IMG/VR virus record: IMGVR_UViG_3300017991_000007 | Span: 42,649-106,648 of that record | Direction: 5' to 3' (one strand) | Source: a virus | Length of the DNA stretch: 64,000 nt | Shown: piece after piece, positions 56,615-64,000 of the stretch | Layout of the letters: each line of letters begins with the position of its first letter | How positions within the stretch are numbered: position 1 is the first letter of the stretch | Translations under genes and position numbers: made by a program | The notes under the pieces: model-generated | The model's database searches: none | What the model saw: only the letters and a program-made list of their open reading frames with translations | Told to the model about the DNA's origin: nothing

Positions 56615-57340
56615 ATGAATCTTTCCAAGGCAGAACTTCTATTCATTCAGTCAAACGGTCTTGCCGGTACTCCCCCGTCAAATTCTAATCCAGTTTGGAA
56701 TTTTGCACGTCCCTCTTGGGTACGGGGTACGGGTCATGCAACCGTTGAAAAAGACGCTAAGGCTGCGGCTGCATTGCGGCGTAAGGGTCCAAGGCGGTTT
56801 TGGATGAAACCCAATACCGAGACTCAGCTTATTTTCGTTGATGATGAGGCTTTCCGCATTAACGAGCATGGTCTGAGAATCAACGGCAAGTGGGGTCATT
56901 TTGAGACTTGCATTGGTCTGGACAATGGTTGTGACCTTTGCGCTGCGGGTGACGAACCTTATTACGTCTGCTTTTGGACCGTCATTGACCGGTCTGAATT
57001 TACCGACAAATCCGGTAAGCAACGCAAGGATGAGGTACGGCTTTTCGCTGCCAAGCAGAAAGTTATGGTTAAGCTTTCCCGGCGTTCTACCAAGCTGAAA
57101 GAGGCGGGGTATGAGGGCGGTTTGGCCGGTATCGTAATTGACGTTGCCCGTGGGGATGAAAACTCAGCGGGTACCGGGGATGACTTCGATATCGTAGGGC
57201 AAGCGGATGAGTCCCTTTTGGTGGATTCTGAGGGCAAGCCGATTAAGGCTTTCAACTATGAGGAAATCCTTGAGCCAAATCCTGAGAGGCGCAAGCAGTA
57301 TGCTGCAACCGTAAGCGGCGGTAGTTCCCTCAAATACTGA
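56615..57340 (+). CDS. Single-stranded DNA-binding protein (gp32-like, zinc-binding)
   Basis: RFWMK...F.D...EH...TC...CDLC...TVID; directly upstream of the polymerase. Confidence 0.7.
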   Translation: MNLSKAELLFIQSNGLAGTPPSNSNPVWNFARPSWVRGTGHATVEKDAKAAAALRRKGPRRFWMKPNTETQLIFVDDEAFRINEHGLRINGKWGHFETCIGLDNGCDLCAAGDEPYYVCFWTVIDRSEFTDKSGKQRKDEVRLFAAKQKVMVKLSRRSTKLKEAGYEGGLAGIVIDVARGDENSAGTGDDFDIVGQADESLLVDSEGKPIKAFNYEEILEPNPERRKQYAATVSGGSSLKY

Positions 57341-57350
57341 GAGGCGTGTT

Positions 57351-59282
57351 ATGACCGTTCCTAAGATGGAATTCAACGGGGAGCTTGTGCGTGACGTTGC
57401 CCGCTTTAAGGCAGTGAAATCACGTTTTGAGCTTACTCCCATTGTGTCTTTCGACTTGGAAACGGTATCTCTTGAGGATCATACGGTTATGGGGGTATGT
57501 CTAGGCATACCCCCTATTAATCCCTCTGATAAAGGGTATGCGGTCTATTTTGGGTGTGAGTCTGATTGTGAAATCGACTTTGAGAAACACCTGAAACCTT
57601 TTCTTGAAATCCTATTCAAATCCGGGTGTGAGATTGTTGGACACAACTTAAAGTTTGATCTTTCGGTACTGCGAAACAATTATTTTGAGAATATCCCTCA
57701 GAACATTTTTGATACGATGATTGCAAGTCATATGACTGCCAACCATGAACGTAGGCATTCCTTGGATGCGGTTGTTAAGCGTATCTTGGGGATTACCTTG
57801 CTCAAAGACCTTATGGATATCCGAAAAATTAAAGACAAGGATGCGGACCTTTATTGGAAGGAAATGAAACGGTATGGTACCGGGGATGCTATGTATCCTT
57901 TGATCCTAAGACAATACTTTATTGAGGAATTTGAAAAGCATGGATTGGTGACTCAGTTCAAAGAACTTGAAATGCCAATGGTACACGTTACCGCTGAAAT
58001 GCAAATGGCTGGAATTCCGGTTGACGTTGATCATCTTGCCAGTATTGAGCCGGGGATACGGGATGAGGCTGAGAGTGCCAAAGCTGAGGTATTCAAAGAG
58101 GTCGGTTACGATTTTAATCTTGGTTCCCCCGTTCAATTGTCCAAAGCACTTTTTGAGGATATGGGTATTGCTACTTTATCTTGGATGAAACGTGGGAAAC
58201 CGAGAGGTAAAGCCAAAACGCCGGGTGCTTGGCCTACCAATGAGAAAGTAATGAAATCTCTGGTAGAGAAAGGGTATCCGGTCTGCAACCATATTATGAC
58301 TTTCCGTAAGAAAATGAAGTTGCTCAATACCTATGTTGTGCCTATGCAAGCACTTGCACTTTCGGTTCCTGAGAGGCGGCTTTACACGAATTTCAACCAA
58401 GCTGGTACGGCAACGGGTAGGTATTCGTCAAGCAAGCCTTTCAATGGTCAAAACATGCCACGGCAAAAGGGTTTGATTCGTAGAGCAATTGCAGCAAAGC
58501 CCGGATTTAAGATAGTTGCTTGCGACTATTCACAGATCGAATTGAGGCTTATGGCACACCAAAGCCGTGATCCGGTAATGATTGAGGCGTATAAGCAGGG
58601 TGCGGACCTTCATAGGAAAACGGCTGCGGCTGCGGCGGGCATAGATGAGTCTGAGGTTAAAAAAGAACATCGACAAATGGCAAAGGCTATTAACTTTGGA
58701 TTCCTTTACGGTATGAGTGCGGCAAGCTTTCAGGCGTATGCCAAATACAATTACGGAGTAGAGGTATCAGAGGAAAACGCTTTCAAGTTTCGGGATGCGT
58801 ACTTTAATCTCTATAGAGGTATCCAATGGTACCATGATGAAATGCGTGATTTTGTAAATAAGCATGGGTTTACCTACAATATCATTGGTGAAAAACGATT
58901 CTTGCCGGACTACAAATCCCCGGATACTTATCTGCGTTGGCGGGCATGGTCTGAGGGTGTCAATTATACAATTCAAGGCAGTGCGGCGGCTTTAATCAAG
59001 GTCGCTATGAGAAATATCTATAACGAGTTGATCCGTCCGCACGGGCTGAAAAAATCGACTCGTTACGGGCGTATCCTTACTTGTTGGAAATCTCCCTCTT
59101 TGGCGCATGAAGTCCGTTTGTTTTTGCAAGTCCATGATGAGCTTGTCTTTGAGGTTAGAGAGGAAATTGCAGAACCTTTTGCCAAGTGGTTAGCACACAA
59201 AATGGAAACTGCGGTTACTGGATTTATGGTGCCTATTGTTGCGGAATATGGGATTGCGGATACGTTTGAGGAAGCACATTGA
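57351..59282 (+). CDS. polA: Family A DNA polymerase (3'-5' exonuclease plus polymerase)
   Basis: FDLET, HNLKFD, TGRYSS, DYSQIELR, AKAINFGFLYGM, IQGSAA, QVHDEL. Confidence 0.96.
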   Translation: MTVPKMEFNGELVRDVARFKAVKSRFELTPIVSFDLETVSLEDHTVMGVCLGIPPINPSDKGYAVYFGCESDCEIDFEKHLKPFLEILFKSGCEIVGHNLKFDLSVLRNNYFENIPQNIFDTMIASHMTANHERRHSLDAVVKRILGITLLKDLMDIRKIKDKDADLYWKEMKRYGTGDAMYPLILRQYFIEEFEKHGLVTQFKELEMPMVHVTAEMQMAGIPVDVDHLASIEPGIRDEAESAKAEVFKEVGYDFNLGSPVQLSKALFEDMGIATLSWMKRGKPRGKAKTPGAWPTNEKVMKSLVEKGYPVCNHIMTFRKKMKLLNTYVVPMQALALSVPERRLYTNFNQAGTATGRYSSSKPFNGQNMPRQKGLIRRAIAAKPGFKIVACDYSQIELRLMAHQSRDPVMIEAYKQGADLHRKTAAAAAGIDESEVKKEHRQMAKAINFGFLYGMSAASFQAYAKYNYGVEVSEENAFKFRDAYFNLYRGIQWYHDEMRDFVNKHGFTYNIIGEKRFLPDYKSPDTYLRWRAWSEGVNYTIQGSAAALIKVAMRNIYNELIRPHGLKKSTRYGRILTCWKSPSLAHEVRLFLQVHDELVFEVREEIAEPFAKWLAHKMETAVTGFMVPIVAEYGIADTFEEAH

Positions 59283-59301
59283 GGGAAAAAACTTAACTGT
59301 T

Positions 59302-60639
59302 ATGACTACTTACGTTGATGAATGGCTGCATTTACCCAAGACGGCGTACAATGCCAAGAGCTATGTTCATAGGCTGCAACTTACCGGAGTAGCGTCCGAT
59401 TACGACCCCACTGAATCTTATGCGACCCTTGACCTCTACCAAACAACCCGTCACGGCATAGCTGTCCCACGGCAAACCGCATTCATAAACCCAAAAGTGC
59501 TATTGGAGGCAAAAGACCTGACTCAGCATGGAGCCGAGCGGGATATGGGAAAACCTATTGGGCTGCGGCCTCAGCAAGTGCCTTTGGTCAACGGATTCAT
59601 GGATGCGCTTGATGGTCCACGTCCATACGGGGGATTGCTGCAAGCCAAGCCGGGGGCGGGCAAAACGGTAATGGGGTTGGAAATTTTGCGCCGGATTGGA
59701 CGAACAGCTTTGATCCTTGTGCATAAGACGTTCCTGCAAAACCAGTGGCAAGAGCGAATAGCCCAATTTTTGCCGGATGCCAAGGTAGGGTTTGTCCGGC
59801 AAGGGGTCTGCGATTTCGAGGATAAGGACATTGTTATTGCGATGATTCAAAGCCTTGTGAGTCGGAGATACAGTAGTGCGTTTTACAAGTGGGCGGGGGT
59901 AGTGCTTTCGGATGAGGTGCATAGGCTGTCCGCTCCAACATGGTCGCAAGTGATTATCCAGTTTCCGGCTAAGGTTCGTATGGGTCTGACTGCTACTCCC
60001 CGTCGCAAGGATGGAATGGAGCCGGTCTTTTTTTGGCACGTTGGACCGATTATCTCTTATGCGGGTAACGATAGATCGACTTTGGATGCAGTGGTTAAGG
60101 TCGTGAAATGGCAAAAGCGTGTACCGGGCTATTTTTTGATGCGTAATGGGATGTTCAATCGCTCAAGGTGGATTACAGAACTTGCAAAGGATAAGGACCG
60201 GAATTGGATGCTGACTCAGTTCATACTCAAAGCCCTCTCCAAAGGGCGCAAAGTTTTAGCGTTGTCTGATAGGTTGGATCAATTGGATATCATAAGGCGG
60301 TTGGTATCGTTAAAATGCAATCCGGGTACTGAGATTGATTATTACGTTGGCGGGCGCAAGCGTAAAGAATTAGCGGTAGCGAGTGGGGCTGATTTGTTGC
60401 TTGGGACGTACCAAATGGCCGCTGAGGGGCTTGATATCCCTGACTTGGATACTTTGGTCATGCTCACACCTAAGAGCGATGTAGAGCAAGCCGTGGGGCG
60501 TATTCAGCGTGTATCGGGACCGGGCAAGCCCGTACCCGTGGTTATAGATATAGTGGATACGGCAATGGGGCAAGCAATCGGCATGGCAAAAGCGAGACAC
60601 AAAATCTATTTCAAGATTAAGGCAAAAGTTTTGAATTAG
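59302..60639 (+). CDS. SF2 DExH helicase (UvsW/Rad25-like)
   Basis: LRPQQ, PGAGKT, DEVH, GLTATP, EGLDIP, QAVGRIQR. Confidence 0.92.
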   Translation: MTTYVDEWLHLPKTAYNAKSYVHRLQLTGVASDYDPTESYATLDLYQTTRHGIAVPRQTAFINPKVLLEAKDLTQHGAERDMGKPIGLRPQQVPLVNGFMDALDGPRPYGGLLQAKPGAGKTVMGLEILRRIGRTALILVHKTFLQNQWQERIAQFLPDAKVGFVRQGVCDFEDKDIVIAMIQSLVSRRYSSAFYKWAGVVLSDEVHRLSAPTWSQVIIQFPAKVRMGLTATPRRKDGMEPVFFWHVGPIISYAGNDRSTLDAVVKVVKWQKRVPGYFLMRNGMFNRSRWITELAKDKDRNWMLTQFILKALSKGRKVLALSDRLDQLDIIRRLVSLKCNPGTEIDYYVGGRKRKELAVASGADLLLGTYQMAAEGLDIPDLDTLVMLTPKSDVEQAVGRIQRVSGPGKPVPVVIDIVDTAMGQAIGMAKARHKIYFKIKAKVLN

Positions 60640-60640
60640 G

Positions 60641-60669
60641 TTGACAAGGCTTTTTAGGAGTGTTATAGT
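60641..60669 (+). promoter_or_regulatory. sigma70 promoter
   Basis: TTGACA-17 nt-TATAGT, extended -10. Confidence 0.85.
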
Positions 60670-60697
60670 TGTGCAAACCTTTTGAAAGGGGGTAGCG

Positions 60698-61543
60698 GTG
60701 AAAATACCGAAAAATCAGATCAAAGGCGTTAAGCCGGTCAATACGAAAGAGGAAAAGCCCAAAGAGGAAAAAGCCTCTGAGGAAAAGCCTGAAACCGAGT
60801 CCAAAGACCCTGAGTTGTCTGAGGATGTAGATACGTCCGTATTCGATAAGGTAGAGGGCATTGGTCCTGAAACCACTGAGGATGATGCGGATGATCCGGG
60901 TGACGATGCTGAGGGGGATGATCCGGGCGGGTTGCCGGATGATGAGCCGGATGATTTTGAGATTCCTGCCAAGATGAAAAAGATTGGCAAAGAGGATGGT
61001 CAAAAACCGGCTGAATCCAAGCCAACTGAAACGGCAAAAGAGCCGGAAACCTCTGAAAATAAAGAGGAAAATCCGGTCAAGCCCGTGGACAATCCAACGG
61101 TCAATCCGGGTCCGGTAATGACGATGCCTACTCAGATTGAGGTAGCACGTCAATTTAAGAAAGACGGTACTTGGGTAGAGGGTAAAGGCGATTCTGAGAC
61201 TATCAAGGTCAAGGCGTTCCCTCTTACGGGCGTTGCGCTTGTGGGATATAAAAACGGTTATACCGCAAGCATGAAAGAGCTTGGACGTGATTTTGAATTC
61301 GCACGGGTTGACGTGTCCATTCAGGTGCCTTGTTTCTTTGAGGAAATTGAGGGTGCCTATCAATTTGCTTCTAAGTTTTGTGAGGATAAGCTTGCCAGTG
61401 AGTTGACTCGTATCTATGAAGGGGATGAAACCCCGGCTGAGGATGCTAAAACCGAAACACCGGCAACGGCTGAGGCGAAAGCTGAGGAAAAAGCTGAGGA
61501 AAAGAAAGCAGTGAAACCGTTGAAACTTCCAACGGTCACATAA
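60698..61543 (+). CDS. Hypothetical protein with an acidic disordered N-half
   Basis: RBS AGGGGGTAG; folded core ...FEFARVDVSIQVPC..EEI. Confidence 0.75.
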   Translation: MKIPKNQIKGVKPVNTKEEKPKEEKASEEKPETESKDPELSEDVDTSVFDKVEGIGPETTEDDADDPGDDAEGDDPGGLPDDEPDDFEIPAKMKKIGKEDGQKPAESKPTETAKEPETSENKEENPVKPVDNPTVNPGPVMTMPTQIEVARQFKKDGTWVEGKGDSETIKVKAFPLTGVALVGYKNGYTASMKELGRDFEFARVDVSIQVPCFFEEIEGAYQFASKFCEDKLASELTRIYEGDETPAEDAKTETPATAEAKAEEKAEEKKAVKPLKLPTVT

Positions 61544-61571
61544 TAACGGCAAAAAGTCATAAGGGGGTATT

Positions 61572-62309
61572 ATGACTCATTTTAATGATGCTAAAGGTGC
61601 TTTACAACATGCGGATAAGGTAGCAGTCCTTACCGGGGCGGGGATATCGGTTGAATCCGGTATTCCTGCATTCAGAACGGATGCGGATGGTCTTTGGAAA
61701 ACCTTTCCAATGCACAAGGCAAGTCTGAGGTACTTCAAAGAGAATCCGGTTGATTTCTGGAATTCTCTTGGGGCGGTTGGTAAGTCCTTTATCGGTGCCA
61801 AGCCGAATAAGGCTCACTATGCCCTTGCTGAGTTGGAAAAAAGCAAAGCGGTGACGATTATCACTCAGAACATTGACGGTCTGCATACTGAGGCGGGATC
61901 AAGCAAGGTAGTAGAGTTTCACGGGAATGCACGGCAACTGGTTTGCTTGAAATGCAATACCTATCATCCAATGCCGGATATCGAAAAATTCCTGACTGAA
62001 TTCTTTACTCCTACTTGCCGGAAATGCCGGTCATTTCTGAAACCGGATGCGACTCTTTTTGATGAGGGTATCAAGTCTGAGGCGGTCTTTGGTGCTACTC
62101 AAGCCGCCGCTGCGTGTGACGTTATGCTCATTGTGGGTACGTCCGGTATGATTTCACCGGCAAATACCTTACCGGGGGCAGCGTCTAAAAACGGGGCAAC
62201 GGTCATTGAGGTGAATCCTTCAAAGACTCCGTACACGTCTGAGGTGACTGATTATTTCATTCAGGGCAAGGCGGGGGAAATTCTGCCTGAGTTGCTTGGA
62301 GGCGTATGA
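61572..62309 (+). CDS. cobB: NAD-dependent protein deacylase (Sir2/CobB family)
   Basis: GAGISVESGIPAFR, TQNIDGLH, HG, two CxxC, KPD, GTS, EVNP. Confidence 0.95.
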   Translation: MTHFNDAKGALQHADKVAVLTGAGISVESGIPAFRTDADGLWKTFPMHKASLRYFKENPVDFWNSLGAVGKSFIGAKPNKAHYALAELEKSKAVTIITQNIDGLHTEAGSSKVVEFHGNARQLVCLKCNTYHPMPDIEKFLTEFFTPTCRKCRSFLKPDATLFDEGIKSEAVFGATQAAAACDVMLIVGTSGMISPANTLPGAASKNGATVIEVNPSKTPYTSEVTDYFIQGKAGEILPELLGGV

Positions 62310-62758
62310 GCGTAAAGCCGAAATTGGTAAAGAGCTTTGACTACAAAGGGTACAAGTGTCTTGTCGTCTTAAACACTATAGGGCATTTCTGCGGTTATGT
62401 GGAAATGCCTGTAGATCACCCTTTGGCGGGGGAAAGTACGGCTGACTTTGAGAGTGACTTAATGCGTATCGAATGTCACGGGGGGCTTACCTTTGGTGGG
62501 GATAGGTCCATATTTGGTGAATCCGGCTCTTTTATCGGTTTTGATTGCGGGCATGGAGGGGATGGTAGGGATTACGATTTCCTTAAAGAGAGTGGGATGA
62601 ATCCAGAGGTCATAGCAAGCCTCAAAGAATCAGACGCTATTTGGGGCAGTGAGTTAAAGCAATGGACTGAGGATGAGGTTGCGGATGAGTGTAGGGGCAT
62701 TGTGGATCAATTGAGAAAGATAGCTGAATCCAAGATAGCGAAAGTGAAAACCATATGA
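62306..62758 (+). CDS. Phage hypothetical protein (CGYV / HGGLTF / GFDC.H motifs)
   Basis: Motif set typical of a widespread phage family; ATGA overlaps on both sides. Confidence 0.75.
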   Translation: MSVKPKLVKSFDYKGYKCLVVLNTIGHFCGYVEMPVDHPLAGESTADFESDLMRIECHGGLTFGGDRSIFGESGSFIGFDCGHGGDGRDYDFLKESGMNPEVIASLKESDAIWGSELKQWTEDEVADECRGIVDQLRKIAESKIAKVKTI

Positions 62759-64000
62759 AAGTCTATCCAGTAAAAGACCCGTTTGATGCGGTTGTGCGTA
62801 AGAAATACGGTGACGGTACCTTAGTGCCTCTTTCTGACTTCCCCTCTTTGAAACGAATTCCTACCGGGATATTCGCTTTGGACGTGGGGTTAGGGGGTGG
62901 AATACCTCTAGGTAGGACTACATTGATTTGGGGCAACCGGTCTGCGGGAAAATCCACCCTTTCAGGACACGTCATAAAACAAGCCCAATGCCTTTGCCGG
63001 TATGATGGTTTGCCTATCGGAAACCCGGCTGTAGAGGGCTTTTCCAATCTACCAATCAAGCCGTCATGGACCGACCCGAAAGGCAACGTGATTTCCACGG
63101 GGGAGCTATACACTACCCAAGTTCCCGTTGATCCTGACAAACCGAGAGGTAAAAAAGAAAACCAAGATATACCGGTAGAGCAAGCTGCCTACAACGTGGT
63201 AACGGATGAGGATGGAAACGAGCAATGGACGCTTGAAAAGGGTTGGAAAGAGAATCCATACCAAGAGCCTATGCGGGTGCTGATAGCGAATGTAGAGGGT
63301 GTGATTGATAAAGAATGGGTTACGCAATTGGGGTGCGACCCGTCCGGTATTTATGTCCTGACTATCGAAACCGCAGAGCAAACGATTGATGTTGTGGACT
63401 CAGCCTTGAGAGAGGGTTTTGCGGATTTGGTGATTGTCGATTCGCTGGCACAGATGACTCCGAGCTTTGAAGTAGAGAATAGTGCTGAGAATAAGTCAAT
63501 CGGCAAGCTGGCAATGCTGGTAAATCAGGCTTTGCGGAAATGGGTGTCTGCAATCGTTTCCCGCCGGGATACCGTACACCCCACACTGTTGCTCATTAAT
63601 CAGGTGCGGCAAAAGGTTGGAGTTATGTATGGATCACCGGATATCAAGCCCGCCGGGGTGGGACAGGACTTCGCTCCGTCTTGTGAGATTCGTTTACGCA
63701 GCGGCAAGAGGGAGAAAGAGGATTTTGCGCCGGACAACGTGGGAGCCTACCTGAAATATTCCCGGACCAATTTCAAGATCGAAAAGAACAAAACTTACCC
63801 GCCTCTCACTGCGGGGCAGTATATTACAGCACTTGCTCCGGTTGACGGGTGGGTGCCGGGGGAGATTGTTCAAATCCGTCAAATTCTGGAAACGGCCAAA
63901 AAGTTCAAGGTTCTCTACAAGGATAAGTCAAAATGGATTTTGGGGGAGCGGTCCTTTAAGACGCTGAATGAGATTGTAGCGTGGGCTAAAGCAGAGCCTA
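62755..64000 (+). CDS. recA: RecA/UvsX-like recombinase, 3'-truncated by the window; not in the ORF track
   Basis: Translated by hand: RIPTGIFALDVGLGGGIPLGR, WGNRSAGKST, LVIVDSLAQM, INQVRQKVGVMYG. Confidence 0.93.
   Translation, partial: MKVYPVKDPFDAVVRKKYGDGTLVPLSDFPSLKRIPTGIFALDVGLGGGIPLGRTTLIWGNRSAGKSTLSGHVIKQAQCLCRYDGLPIGNPAVEGFSNLPIKPSWTDPKGNVISTGELYTTQVPVDPDKPRGKKENQDIPVEQAAYNVVTDEDGNEQWTLEKGWKENPYQEPMRVLIANVEGVIDKEWVTQLGCDPSGIYVLTIETAEQTIDVVDSALREGFADLVIVDSLAQMTPSFEVENSAENKSIGKLAMLVNQALRKWVSAIVSRRDTVHPTLLLINQVRQKVGVMYGSPDIKPAGVGQDFAPSCEIRLRSGKREKEDFAPDNVGAYLKYSRTNFKIEKNKTYPPLTAGQYITALAPVDGWVPGEIVQIRQILETAKKFKVLYKDKSKWILGERSFKTLNEIVAWAKAEP

Noticed and set aside
58675-58715. Unusual PolA motif B variant
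   Set aside because: KAINFG has the ordinary Phe at the E. coli 762-equivalent position
62985-63270. Intein in RecA (segment begins with CL)
   Set aside because: No C-terminal HN/HQ followed by C/S/T, and no intein block B or LAGLIDADG motifs
1500-64000. Many minus-strand and nested ORFs in the track (e.g. 6505..7230, 26188..26982, 60617..61552)
   Set aside because: Antisense or alternate-frame shadows of well-supported + strand genes, with no recognisable motifs
1-64000. Stop-codon reassignment
   Set aside because: Conserved genes are full length in code 11 and TAA, TAG and TGA all end genes

Overview
A 64-kb slice of a large tailed bacteriophage with a contractile tail. Almost all genes are on the + strand and read in the standard genetic code. 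Order: end of a collagen-repeat gene and a terminator; a short leftward unit (Lar-like gene, small basic ORF, about 410 nt of structured non-coding sequence with tRNA-like ends); small early genes (orphan DUF433, dCTP deaminase); class II ribonucleotide reductase; head module (portal, fused protease-scaffold, major capsid protein with an inserted domain); neck, sheath, tube, chaperone with a -1 frameshift site, tape measure, baseplate, spike and a tail fibre with a peptidase-G2-type chaperone; holin-like gene; MoxR/CobS-like AAA ATPase plus a HExxH-VWA partner; replication module (HTH initiator with four palindromic iterons, degenerate DnaC-like loader, DnaB, primase, degenerate ThyX-like protein, gp32-like SSB, PolA, SF2 helicase, sirtuin, RecA cut by the window edge). 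Ten near-consensus sigma70 promoters (TTGACA-N17-TAnnnT) and a TGCA-N6-TGCA box at a fixed distance from several of them are visible. No terminase, endolysin, integrase, CRISPR array or reverse transcriptase was recognised. All family calls are by-eye motif recognition; no database search or folding program was run.
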